The notes: generated by a model from the letters alone, not told the origin. Shown: positions 30,927 through 40,400, numbered from the stretch's first letter. The stretch: DNA of 64,000 nt from Bacilli bacterium (GCA_049419605.1 JBMSKF010000002.1:26026-90025), one strand, 5' to 3'. Numbers and translations: made by a program.

Positions 30927-31438
30927 AACCAAAGAGAATTGTTGTTACACCATACAACCCACTATGGAAGTGGTCTTTTGTGTTGATTCGTAAACGATTA
31001 CAACGAGTTTTAGACACTTTTAATGAATCCATTCACCATGTTGGTAGCACTTCGGTTGAAGGACTTCCTGCAAAACCCATTATTGATATCGATGTAGAAA
31101 TTAAATCTTTCAATGGATTTGAAAAAGTTAAAGAAAAATTACAACGGCTTGGTTATCGGCATGTTGGCGATCAAGGAATTAAAGGACGAGAAGTGTTTAA
31201 ATTAAAAAGTTGGAGCCTTCTTCCTAAACATCATCTGTATGTTTGTGTGTCTGGATCATCTGAACTCAATAGACACATTGCATTCAGGAATTATTTAATC
31301 GCGAATCCCAAAACTAAAGAAGCCTATGGAAAACTCAAGATAGAAGCAGCAAAAAAGCATCCATATGACATGGATGCTTATTTAAAGATGAAGGGTGAAT
31401 TAATCAATAAAGTTTATCAGGAATTAGGGTTAGATTAA
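30923..31438 (+). CDS. GrpB-family protein (nucleotidyltransferase-fold, UPF0157)
   Basis: 'HHVGSTSVEGLPAKPIIDIDV' and 'FRNYLIANP...YGKLK' are typical of GrpB. Confidence 0.8.
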   Translation: MKPKRIVVTPYNPLWKWSFVLIRKRLQRVLDTFNESIHHVGSTSVEGLPAKPIIDIDVEIKSFNGFEKVKEKLQRLGYRHVGDQGIKGREVFKLKSWSLLPKHHLYVCVSGSSELNRHIAFRNYLIANPKTKEAYGKLKIEAAKKHPYDMDAYLKMKGELINKVYQELGLD

Positions 31439-32202
31439 GCTAAGATGATGCCGATAAAGACTAACCAGGCTAGGATGGATTTACCAAACAAACTTAACCA
31501 AACATAACTCTTTTCTCCGTAGACATAATCTTTCCATTTGCCAACGCGAGCATATTGTAAGATTTGGTTGAAAGCAAAGAGGTTAAAGACCAAGAAGTAG
31601 AAACTTAAACCTGGTAAGACGAACCAAGGTAAGACTGATAAATCACCAATGTTTAACATGTAGATGACGATGATTACCCAAGGGATTAAACCTGCAATCC
31701 AACCAATCCAGTGAGCAGTCCAATCTGTTTTGGTACGGCTAGGAGGATTCATTTTTTCCATCAAGAGACCCAGTAAGTTCATCACCGCGTTAATCCCAAA
31801 GACACTGAGTAAGCCTTCGATGGTAGTGACACCAAACATGATGGATAAGAGCACGATCATAATGGAAGAAGATAAAGCGTATTCATACCAACGTAAAGGA
31901 TTGATTCCTTTTTCAACATTGGCGACATATTGTTTCTTAAAAGGCACTGAGATTAAGAAGTGGAAAAGGGCGCTCAATAAGATGAAACTAGCGGCAAGAA
32001 TCGCCACTGGTATTTGAAATAACACATCTTCAAAAGAAAAGTACGGAATGGTTGAGTTTTGGATGAAAAACCTTCCCACGACATAAATTGAAGGTCTAAA
32101 GTCACGGAATAATGGAACCGTTAAGGCGAGGATTAACAAGGCAATCCCTTGGACAAGGTGAACCAAGCCCATCTTCAAATTGAAACTAATTAATTTATTC
32201 AT
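31435..32202 (-). CDS. Heliorhodopsin (inverted-topology 7-TM retinal protein)
   Basis: 255 aa with 7 TM helices. Motif-for-motif it resembles heliorhodopsin 48C12 as I recall that sequence: 'LSALFHF', 'RWYEYALSSS' (Glu107), 'FGINAVMNLLG', 'IAGLIPW', 'FNLFAFNQILQY', 'GKW' and 'LSLFGKSILAW'. Lys241 (codon 31480-31482) sits at the Schiff-base position. An AGGAG Shine-Dalgarno is present. Confidence 0.85.
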   Translation of the reverse strand: MNKLISFNLKMGLVHLVQGIALLILALTVPLFRDFRPSIYVVGRFFIQNSTIPYFSFEDVLFQIPVAILAASFILLSALFHFLISVPFKKQYVANVEKGINPLRWYEYALSSSIMIVLLSIMFGVTTIEGLLSVFGINAVMNLLGLLMEKMNPPSRTKTDWTAHWIGWIAGLIPWVIIVIYMLNIGDLSVLPWFVLPGLSFYFLVFNLFAFNQILQYARVGKWKDYVYGEKSYVWLSLFGKSILAWLVFIGIILA

Positions 32203-32273
32203 AGATTTCTCCTAAGAGCAATATATCACTCTTAGTTATTACCTAACTTAAAGATGCTTGCCGTGAAGAGAAA

Positions 32274-32516
32274 TTATTTCTTATTTGCTTTTATTTTCGA
32301 AGACTTCACTACAATCCATCCCTTTTCAATAAAGAGTTTCCATAAGGCCATGGAGTGGCCGCGACCAAGTTTGTATTCCTTAGCTAACCAATCAACAAAT
32401 TTACTTGCAGTAAGATCGGGCGTAAGAAGACCGTCTTTTGCAGCTTTGTTTTTAATAGCGTCTGTTGTGGTTTTGGTGATGGCCATGATGTTAGCGATAT
32501 AAGCTTGAAATGACAT
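32274..32516 (-). CDS. DUF4287-domain protein
   Basis: 80 aa. 'MSFQAYIANI...T', 'FVDWLAKEYKLGRGHSMALW' is the typical DUF4287 pattern. Confidence 0.75.
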   Translation of the reverse strand: MSFQAYIANIMAITKTTTDAIKNKAAKDGLLTPDLTASKFVDWLAKEYKLGRGHSMALWKLFIEKGWIVVKSSKIKANKK

Positions 32517-32526
32517 ATGATTTCCT

Positions 32527-33792
32527 CTATAAAGTATTTCCGAATGTTGCTACGACTTGATTTAAAAAAGATTCGTATTCATCTAAGAGAGCAAAATAAG
32601 CTTCACTTTCTGAAAAATTAAAATTGACATCAAAGTTATTACCTTGACCTGATCCAATCCTAGTAATGAGCGACGTGTTACGCATTGCTTCTATTAAACC
32701 TTCCAAGGTGACCCTTGAGGCATAATCATATCCATAACCCCATGTTCTTGATTCATCCTGGTAGTATGTTACACCAAATAAAATATTTGAAAGATTGGCT
32801 TCGGGGTTATTGAACAACGCTAGATAATGATAGGTCTCTTCGACTGGATTAAGAACTTTCATTTCAAAATCATGAACCGAATCATTGATCATCGTGATGT
32901 AAATATGATTATTTTCGTCTTGCATTAGATAACGTCTACCTACAACCAATTGATTTTCATAAATTTCATTAACATATGCTTCGGCATCTCGAAACAACCT
33001 TTGATCGTTTATAAAAATGGCATCTAAATCAAGATCAATGCGAATATCAATCACAACCTTTCCATATATTTCATATTGAAAGGTCGAAGAAGAAGTTTTA
33101 TAAATGACATATTTTGTTTCATTCACGATAAAGAGTTGTAAATTTTCTGTATTGATGTTGATTAGATTCAAATAATGTTGATTGTCGATGATGAGTTGGG
33201 TTGACTGGAGTATTTTTTGGATGTTGTTTCTCGTCTCAGCATATTGTTCGTTTAAAGCTGCATTTTCTGATTCTGCAACCACTTCTCTAACAAGATCAAC
33301 CACCCCATAATTTAATGGTGTGATGTACTCATTTAGTAATTCATAAACCTTATTTAATTCAATGTTGGTCATTAAACCACCTGCGATGTTTCTGGACTCT
33401 AGTTCGGTAATGATAGAGGGATCGTTAATCAAATAACAGTTAGTTTCACCATAACAAGCATCATTAATCAGGCCTGACCGCCCACCCAATAAAACGACAC
33501 CCACACTGACGGCCAATGCGACACTTGCACTGGCGGCGATAATTGGTTTTAAAGGTAATTTTTTCTGTTCAATTTTATCTAAGCTATCCTTGTCGTTAAA
33601 GTAATCTAAGGGCACCTCAAAATAAACACAAATGAGTTTGAGACTATTGATGTGAATCTGTCTTGTTCCCTTCTCCCAATTACTAATGGTGGTGTTGTTA
33701 ACAAAAATAGCTTTAGCTAACTCAGCTTGAGAAATACCTTTTTTAGTTCTTAATTGGCGAAGTTTTTCACCGATGATGTTTTGTTGATTCAT
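32527..33792 (-). CDS. Membrane-tethered XRE-family transcriptional regulator (HTH, TM helix, ~300-aa extracytoplasmic domain), paralog 1
   Basis: A Cro/C1 HTH 'LRQLRTKKGISQAELAKAIFVNNTTISNWEKGTR' and one TM helix 'IIAASASVALAVSVGVVLL'. The outside domain starts 'NDACYGETNCYLINDPSII'. Confidence 0.8.
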   Translation of the reverse strand: MNQQNIIGEKLRQLRTKKGISQAELAKAIFVNNTTISNWEKGTRQIHINSLKLICVYFEVPLDYFNDKDSLDKIEQKKLPLKPIIAASASVALAVSVGVVLLGGRSGLINDACYGETNCYLINDPSIITELESRNIAGGLMTNIELNKVYELLNEYITPLNYGVVDLVREVVAESENAALNEQYAETRNNIQKILQSTQLIIDNQHYLNLININTENLQLFIVNETKYVIYKTSSSTFQYEIYGKVVIDIRIDLDLDAIFINDQRLFRDAEAYVNEIYENQLVVGRRYLMQDENNHIYITMINDSVHDFEMKVLNPVEETYHYLALFNNPEANLSNILFGVTYYQDESRTWGYGYDYASRVTLEGLIEAMRNTSLITRIGSGQGNNFDVNFNFSESEAYFALLDEYESFLNQVVATFGNTL

Positions 33793-33820
33793 GTAACGTT
33801 AAACCTCTAGATCTTTGTAT

Positions 33821-35200
33821 TTAATAAACAATCGCATCTAGCGTAAAAGTATCGTCTAGTAAAAATTGGAAAATTTCCTCAAGTTCAAGATACGTATCGG
33901 CGACCGTTTGATCGATCAAGTCTGAATGGAAAATGGATTTATCTTTTGCCCAATCCAACCAATCTTGTAATGTGAAATCTTGACCCAACATTTCTTGATC
34001 GATCCGGTAAGAAATACCTCCTCCACTTATGGGGAGGACCAAACTTGTATAACCATAGTCATAAACATTTAAACTTAACGAGGGTAAGTAGGTTTCATAA
34101 CCACCATTAAAACCAGCCCCAATTGAATAGGTTCTCGTTGAATTGAAAGGATTGTGTTGGATTGAGAAGAAAGGAACCTCTAGCGCATAAATGGGGTGGT
34201 CTTTCATGTAATAATAAATTCCATTTTGAATTATATAAATTCCATCCTCCGTTTCAAAAAAGTTTACGGTAATCTTTGTTGATTCATTTTCATATAGAAA
34301 TGGACTGGTATTAAAGACATTTTCAAAAGGATAACTTTCAACAAAGTGATCATAGATGACTTTGGGTGAAAGATAACTTTTGTCACCAAAATAGATTGTG
34401 TTCAACTCCAATTGAATATTAAAAACATATTGTTGAGTGCTATAAATTTCATATTTAAATACATCGGTGGATATCTTATAAATAATATGTTTTTCCAAAT
34501 TAAACCCAGACCCCAAATAAAATAATTGATTACCCAAGGGGTTGCTTGTGTCTAAATTAAAGACAGAAAGATTGGGAAATGGACTAGGCTGATTTTCGTT
34601 ATAGAAGTCATTCACAAGATTCTCTAGATTTTGTCTTATTTGTTCTGTTTCGGGAGGGAAATTTAAATAATATTGTTTTGTATTGATTTCATTAAGTTTT
34701 GATTGATTAAATTGATGGTCTTTATTTCCAACAGTAAATGTTTCCAAGAAATATTTTAATCTTTCCATTTCCACATTGGTCATTTGACCACCGCTAATGT
34801 TTCTTGAAGATAATTCACTAACAATCGACGGATCATCGATTAAATAACAAACCAGTTCCCCATAACAAGCTTCGTTATTGATATTGGCTCTACCATTTAA
34901 GGCGACAACCGTTAAACTAACAAGCATCGCCACTCCAGCACTGCCTGCAAGTAAAGCTTTTAATGGGACTTTTCTCCAAGACTCTTTCTTTTCATCTGGC
35001 TCTAAAAAATAAGAAACCGGAACACCAAAGTAATCACTCAGAGCTTTAAGGTTATCGGTTTGAATCTTACGAGTTCCTTTTTCCCAATTACTAATGGTGG
35101 TGTTTTTAACAAAAATAGCGGCAGCCAATTCTGCCTGACTTACTTTTCTTTTCGTTCTAAGTAATCGGAGTCTTTCCCCGGGTTCGATCTTAACTCTCAT
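33821..35200 (-). CDS. Membrane-tethered XRE-family transcriptional regulator, paralog 2
   Basis: It has the same architecture: 'LRLLRTKRKVSQAELAAAIFVKNTTISNWEKGTR', a TM helix, then 'NNEACYGELVCYLIDDPSIV'. I chose the start 'MRVKIEPGE' at 35200. Confidence 0.8.
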   Translation of the reverse strand: MRVKIEPGERLRLLRTKRKVSQAELAAAIFVKNTTISNWEKGTRKIQTDNLKALSDYFGVPVSYFLEPDEKKESWRKVPLKALLAGSAGVAMLVSLTVVALNGRANINNEACYGELVCYLIDDPSIVSELSSRNISGGQMTNVEMERLKYFLETFTVGNKDHQFNQSKLNEINTKQYYLNFPPETEQIRQNLENLVNDFYNENQPSPFPNLSVFNLDTSNPLGNQLFYLGSGFNLEKHIIYKISTDVFKYEIYSTQQYVFNIQLELNTIYFGDKSYLSPKVIYDHFVESYPFENVFNTSPFLYENESTKITVNFFETEDGIYIIQNGIYYYMKDHPIYALEVPFFSIQHNPFNSTRTYSIGAGFNGGYETYLPSLSLNVYDYGYTSLVLPISGGGISYRIDQEMLGQDFTLQDWLDWAKDKSIFHSDLIDQTVADTYLELEEIFQFLLDDTFTLDAIVY

Positions 35201-35267
35201 TAGACCTATTATAATCGATTCATTACTTTCTATTTTATTAAATAACAACACTTGATATAGTGGTTTT

Positions 35268-35681
35268 ATGCCACTAGATGTAACCCATAACTCAATTGAT
35301 TCTTATATCAAAAATCTTCCAGAAAACAGAAGGACGGATGTACTTTGGCTTGTTGAGAAAATGGAAAAAATTTCCAAACGCAAACCAAAGCTTTGGGGGT
35401 CTATCATCGGGTTTGGTCGACTGTATTACCGTTATCCTACCGGAAATGATGGATATATGCCTATCATTGCACTTTCCAGTCGCAAACAAGCATTGACATT
35501 ATATTTATCATTTAATTTAGAAAAAGAAGTGGAATTAAAAAATTTAGGAACATACAAAATTGGGAAAAGTTGTCTTTATATTAAAAAACTATCAGACATC
35601 CATTTAAAAGTACTCTTAACAATCATTAAAAAAGCTTATCTTCAATCGCTTGCCTATGATTTTATAAAAGTAATCGAATAA
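35268..35681 (+). CDS. DUF1801 (YdhG-like) domain protein
   Basis: 137 aa. 'IDSYIKNLPENRR...LWGSIIGFG' and 'ALTLYLS' are typical of DUF1801. Confidence 0.7.
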   Translation: MPLDVTHNSIDSYIKNLPENRRTDVLWLVEKMEKISKRKPKLWGSIIGFGRLYYRYPTGNDGYMPIIALSSRKQALTLYLSFNLEKEVELKNLGTYKIGKSCLYIKKLSDIHLKVLLTIIKKAYLQSLAYDFIKVIE

Positions 35682-35684
35682 TTG

Positions 35685-37703
35685 TTAGACTCTTGTTTTG
35701 ATTTGCGAACGATAAATATTCGCATAGGTTCCGTTGTTCGCAATTAATTGCTTGTGGGTGCCTTCTTCAACCTTTAAACCATTTTCTAAGACAACAATTT
35801 TGTCAGCATTTTTAATGGTAGATAATCGATGGGCAATTACAATTAACGTTCTCCCTTTTCTTGCTTTTTCTAGTGCTTTTTGAATTCGCATTTCGGTTTC
35901 TGTGTCGATATTTGCAGTGGCCTCATCCATGATTAAAATAGCGGGATCGTGAACAATGGCCCTTGCAAAAGAAATGAGTTGTTTTTCCCCCACGCTTAAA
36001 TTGGATCCACCACGTGATACGGGTTGTTGAATACCCTTTTCCAATTTGTCTAAGAGGTGGTCGCCACCAATATTTCTTAAAACCTTTTCCGCCTCCTCAT
36101 CGGTTACAGAACTGATTCCGAAACGAATATTATCTGCAATCGTACCTTTAAACATGACTGGATCTTGAATGATGATGCCTATGTGAGAACGGAAAGTCCG
36201 TTTTGGATGAGTCGTGATATCAACACCATCGACATAAATCTTGCCCATATCACCCTCTTTAAAATCATAAAACCGTAAGAGTAAATTTGTCAGGGTTGAT
36301 TTACCTGAACCTGTATGACCAACTAAACCGATCATTTGACCCGCGTCAATTTTTAAAGTGATGCCTTTAATAATGGGGTGACCTTTTTCATAAGAAAACC
36401 AAACATTATCGAATAAGATGTCGCCACGATATCTAGGAATGGTTGTTAAAGCGTTGTCTTCTTGTTCTCCATCAATAACCCTAAATATTCTTTCGCTTTT
36501 TACTAAGGAATGTTGGAGGTTTCCAATTTCTCTAAATAATGTGCCCACTGGTTCAATTAATCGAGACAAGTAATCGTTGTAAGCGTAAATAATACCAGCA
36601 CTGATAACGACACCACTGATGGACAAATAACCATAGCCAAAAAAGATAACGATAAAAGCAGTAACTAATGCCCCCACCAAGCGGATCATGTTCCAACCAA
36701 TGGAGAGATGTAAATGTTGTTCTTTCAGGATTTCTTTTTGGGTATCCAATGAAAGTTGATCAAACTTTTGTTCAATTGATTTTCTAAAGTTAAAGATTTG
36801 GAGGATAGAAATACCGTTAATAATTTCATTAAGCTGAGCAGTAATCATCGACGAGTTTTCATTAACTTTGACGGCGAGTTTGTTGAGTTTTTTCACAAAG
36901 AATCGCAACCAAACATAGACAACAGGAAAGAATATAAAAGTTAAGAACGCAAGAGTTGCGTTTAAATAAAACATTCCCACGTAGGCGAAGATAACAGCCA
37001 ACGAAGCATTTACTAACAAGTTCATAATCGTAGAAAATAAACCCATCATTCCACCTACATCACTGATAACGCGATTGGCAATCTTACCAGAAGGTTCACT
37101 TTCAAAATAAGACATCGGCATGCGTTGTAAAGACCTTACGGCATCTTTTCTTGCATCGCGAACCATGTTCACTGTGATCATCCCAGTACTAATGCGTTGG
37201 ATATATGTAAATAAAATTTGTAAAAGTAATCGTACAAACAATAATGCTATCAACCAAATCAATGGTTCAACGCTCGGTTGATAGAACGCGAACACTTCAT
37301 CGCGCGTTAAAGGTGTGACGTCATAAGTGAACGTTTGGTTGTCCGGTGTGAGAATAGTTAATTGGTTTCCATCCAATATTTTTTGGCCAATGACCACGAC
37401 ATCTTCAGAAAAATAATAACGAGTCCCTATCACAACAATTGACACTCCGTGATTGGTGATCGTTTCTTGTTGAAAGAATCGATTATTGTATTCAACAGCA
37501 TCAGTTGTTTCGGTTGTTTCATACCAGGGTTTTTCGATTCCTACTAAGTAATCATCTATGATAGTTTTTACAATTAAAGGCGCGACTAATCCAAGCAATT
37601 GAACAACCAACATCGCGGATATGGTTAAAGTTAACAACCCTTTGTAAGGAATAATGTAACGCCAAACTTTTTTAATGGTTTTGAACATATCTTTAATCCT
37701 CAA
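35685..37703 (-). CDS. ABC exporter, fused permease/ATPase subunit (with a large extracytoplasmic loop insert)
   Basis: Walker A 'GHTGSGKST', signature 'LSVGEKQ' and Walker B 'ILIMDEATA'. An insert of about 100 aa lies between TM1 and TM2. Confidence 0.9.
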   Translation of the reverse strand: MRIKDMFKTIKKVWRYIIPYKGLLTLTISAMLVVQLLGLVAPLIVKTIIDDYLVGIEKPWYETTETTDAVEYNNRFFQQETITNHGVSIVVIGTRYYFSEDVVVIGQKILDGNQLTILTPDNQTFTYDVTPLTRDEVFAFYQPSVEPLIWLIALLFVRLLLQILFTYIQRISTGMITVNMVRDARKDAVRSLQRMPMSYFESEPSGKIANRVISDVGGMMGLFSTIMNLLVNASLAVIFAYVGMFYLNATLAFLTFIFFPVVYVWLRFFVKKLNKLAVKVNENSSMITAQLNEIINGISILQIFNFRKSIEQKFDQLSLDTQKEILKEQHLHLSIGWNMIRLVGALVTAFIVIFFGYGYLSISGVVISAGIIYAYNDYLSRLIEPVGTLFREIGNLQHSLVKSERIFRVIDGEQEDNALTTIPRYRGDILFDNVWFSYEKGHPIIKGITLKIDAGQMIGLVGHTGSGKSTLTNLLLRFYDFKEGDMGKIYVDGVDITTHPKRTFRSHIGIIIQDPVMFKGTIADNIRFGISSVTDEEAEKVLRNIGGDHLLDKLEKGIQQPVSRGGSNLSVGEKQLISFARAIVHDPAILIMDEATANIDTETEMRIQKALEKARKGRTLIVIAHRLSTIKNADKIVVLENGLKVEEGTHKQLIANNGTYANIYRSQIKTRV

Positions 37704-39432
37704 GACCTGTCAGTTGAGTAATATATTGTCGCTTATACCAACCATCTTCTCGAATCAATGAGTCATGGGTGCCGCGTTGACTAATTTCACCTTGCTCCAA
37801 AACAAGAATAAAGTCTGCTTCTTGAATTGCGGAAAAACGGTGAGTCACAATAATATTAGTTTTCCCTTTTCTTAAATCTTTAAGGTGTTGCACAATCGTT
37901 CGTTCTGTTTTCATGTCAACCGCACTCAACGAATCATCGAGAATCAAGATTTGTGGATCTTTAATTAACGCCCTAGCAATCGATAATCGTTGCTTTTGTC
38001 CACCAGAAAGATTAACGCCGGTCTCACCCATCATGGTTTGCAAACCCGATTGTAAATAAGGTAAATCCTTTTCAAAGTCAGCCATTTTGACAGCACTTTT
38101 CACAACTTCATCGGAAGCATTAGGCTTCCCAATCTTGATGTTTTCTTCAACGGGTAATTTAAAAAGAATATGGGATTGAGGAACGTAGCCTACTAATTGT
38201 CTTATGTCTTCAATTTTAAATCTTTCGATGGGTGTGTTATCAATTAAAACAGATCCTTTTGATACATTAAATTCACGAAGTAATTGGCGAATTAAGGTTG
38301 ACTTGCCCGCTCCAGTTGGACCCACAATGCCTATCGTTTGTCCTTTTTGAATACTAAAAGAAATATTTTTAATTACGGGTTGTTTATCAAACGGATATTG
38401 AAAGGTGACACCTTTAAAATCTATTGTTTGAAAGTCGATAATGGTTTGAGAAGTAGAACTATCATGGACAATCGGTTGATGGTTCATGACTTCTTCCATC
38501 CGATCAATGGCAATCGTCGCTTGATTGAGTTGAGCAAAAATACCCGAGATTGAAATAAACGGACCAAATAACATCCCAATATAAGTCACAAAAGTAATTA
38601 ATCCACCTAACGACATCATTTGTTGAATAATGAAATATGTGCCAAAGGCAAAGGCGAGTGTATAAGCAATCCCATAAATCACTTCAAATAAAGGGTTAAA
38701 CCAGTTTTCAAATTTTACAATATAACGCCAGGACTCAATGTCATTGGTAATTTCTTGATGTTGCTTTTTAAGATCGATATCTTCCTGAACATAGGCGCGT
38801 ATAGCTTTTTGTCCTTCAACAGACTCCAACATTTTTTCCGTAAACGCAGCGTATATATCTCGGTGTTTTTTAAAGTATTGTCTTTTGCCTTCACGAACTA
38901 AATTAAGAATCGTTAACCCAATTGGCATGATGATGACTGAGATTAAAGTAAGTTGCCAACTGATGGTCACCATCATCAATGTTAATGTGATGATTATAAA
39001 TCCAATGTTAAAAACCAACCCTTCCAACAAACCTGTTGCCGATTGAATAATGGAATCTAAATCACCGGTTACTCGAGAAATTAAATCACCCTTCTGATAT
39101 TTTTCATAAAAACTAGAATCCATGTTAAATAAATGACCCAAGTATTTTTTTCGCATTGTGTGGGCGAGCTGTTGTGATTTTTTTACTGTCGTGAAGTTAT
39201 ATAAATAACTGAGTCCATACCGTATCACTGGAAAAGCAATTAGTGCACCACCTAAAAATAATAATGATTGATAAGTTAATCCACCTGAGATGATCGTGTC
39301 GATGGATAAACCAAGTAACCAACCTGGAATCAAGGCAAATAAAGCAATACTGATCAGTAAGACAAACATTAAAACATAAGTCTTCCATTCTTGTTTAACG
39401 TACCAACCAATATGTTTCAATAACTTGCCCAT
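37693..39432 (-). CDS. ABC exporter, fused permease/ATPase subunit (heterodimer partner)
   Basis: Walker A 'GPTGAGKST', signature 'LSGGQKQR' and Walker B 'ILILDDSLS'. It overlaps its partner by 11 nt. I chose the ATG at 39432; the ORF track starts at the TTG at 39441. Confidence 0.9.
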   Translation of the reverse strand: MGKLLKHIGWYVKQEWKTYVLMFVLLISIALFALIPGWLLGLSIDTIISGGLTYQSLLFLGGALIAFPVIRYGLSYLYNFTTVKKSQQLAHTMRKKYLGHLFNMDSSFYEKYQKGDLISRVTGDLDSIIQSATGLLEGLVFNIGFIIITLTLMMVTISWQLTLISVIIMPIGLTILNLVREGKRQYFKKHRDIYAAFTEKMLESVEGQKAIRAYVQEDIDLKKQHQEITNDIESWRYIVKFENWFNPLFEVIYGIAYTLAFAFGTYFIIQQMMSLGGLITFVTYIGMLFGPFISISGIFAQLNQATIAIDRMEEVMNHQPIVHDSSTSQTIIDFQTIDFKGVTFQYPFDKQPVIKNISFSIQKGQTIGIVGPTGAGKSTLIRQLLREFNVSKGSVLIDNTPIERFKIEDIRQLVGYVPQSHILFKLPVEENIKIGKPNASDEVVKSAVKMADFEKDLPYLQSGLQTMMGETGVNLSGGQKQRLSIARALIKDPQILILDDSLSAVDMKTERTIVQHLKDLRKGKTNIIVTHRFSAIQEADFILVLEQGEISQRGTHDSLIREDGWYKRQYITQLTGLED

Positions 39433-39537
39433 AATCTTCAATTTTCCAATAGCATTATACGCTTATTAATCATCGATTGTTTTGCTTTCAATACAAGGAA
39501 ATTTTCAAGTTCTCGGACGAGCGATGGGTGGTAAAAT

Positions 39538-39810
39538 ATGAATATGGCGATCATTAAATCCAAAGCGTCAAAAACCGACGAAAATAATCTCGTAACCAAA
39601 TATCACGCGAATGGAAAAACCATTTGGTCAAAGGGTAAAATCATCGATGGTTTACCGGAAGGTTATTGGCAGTGGTTTCGTATTGATCAAACCATCAAAC
39701 GTTCAGGATATTTTCTTAAAGGTGAGCCGGTAGGCGAATGGATCACCTATGATTTAAAAGGTAAACCATATAAAATAACGAAGAAGGAAAAACCGTATGG
39801 AAAAAAATAA
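39538..39810 (+). CDS. MORN-repeat (YwqK-like) small protein
   Basis: 'GLPEGYWQWFRIDQTIKRSGYFLKGEPVGEWITYD' contains MORN-variant repeats. The true start may be the second ATG at 39544. Confidence 0.65.
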   Translation: MNMAIIKSKASKTDENNLVTKYHANGKTIWSKGKIIDGLPEGYWQWFRIDQTIKRSGYFLKGEPVGEWITYDLKGKPYKITKKEKPYGKK

Positions 39811-40354
39811 AACATTAACCAAAGAAGAACTATTCAAAGTACTAGAAGAGCGATTTGAATCAAACCCTCATCGACACCGAGGTGTTACTTGGAAACATGT
39901 CCAAGATCGCTTAAAAGGCCAATCAAAAAAGATTGACACACTTTTACAAATGGAACTAACAGATGGAGAACCAGACGTCTTCTCTAGAGACGCCAAATCA
40001 GGGGTTATTACCTTTGTTGATTTTGCCCTACAAAGCCCCAAAGGAAGAAGAAGTGTTTGTTATGATCAAGCTGCATGGGATGATCGTAAAGAATTTAAGC
40101 CAAAAAACGGTAACGCCCAATCACTTGCTAAATTAATGGGTGCAACGCTTTTAACAGAAGAACAATATTTACAATTACAAACGATTCAAGATGTCGATAC
40201 CACAACCTCATCTTGGTTACTTACCCCTAAAGATGTTCGAGAAAAAGGTGGTGCGTTATTTGGTGATAAACGCTTTGGTAGAGCTTTTATTTTTCACAAC
40301 GGAGCAGATTCTTACTACGCAGATCGTGGCTTTAGAGTTGCTGTAGAAATATAG
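39797..40354 (+). CDS. DUF4256-like protein
   Basis: 185 aa and soluble. The family call is from memory of the 'PDVF...FVDF..QSP.GRRS.CYD' pattern and is tentative. Confidence 0.55.
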   Translation: MEKNKTLTKEELFKVLEERFESNPHRHRGVTWKHVQDRLKGQSKKIDTLLQMELTDGEPDVFSRDAKSGVITFVDFALQSPKGRRSVCYDQAAWDDRKEFKPKNGNAQSLAKLMGATLLTEEQYLQLQTIQDVDTTTSSWLLTPKDVREKGGALFGDKRFGRAFIFHNGADSYYADRGFRVAVEI

Positions 40355-40360
40355 AAAAAG

Positions 40361-40400
40361 AAAAAGGATTTGCAATCATGATTTAGCAAATCCTTTTTTA
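40361..40400. terminator. Bidirectional rho-independent terminator
   Basis: The 13-bp stem AAAAAGGATTTGC/GCAAATCCTTTTT has a 12-nt loop and lies between convergent genes. Confidence 0.8.

Noticed and set aside
32212-32235. 7-bp hairpin (CTAAGAG...CTCTTAG) between DUF4287 and heliorhodopsin as a terminator or a Shine-Dalgarno-sequestering switch
   Set aside because: On the mRNA strand no U-tract follows it, so it is not a canonical intrinsic terminator. Only 2 nt of the AGGAG Shine-Dalgarno fall in the stem, so sequestration would be weak. I mention it only as a possible processing or stability element.
32254-32502. 82-aa plus-strand ORF as an alternative to the minus-strand DUF4287 gene
   Set aside because: The minus-strand product has the recognisable DUF4287 pattern ('MSFQAYIANI...', 'GRGHSMALW') and fits the operon orientation. 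The plus-strand translation has no motif.
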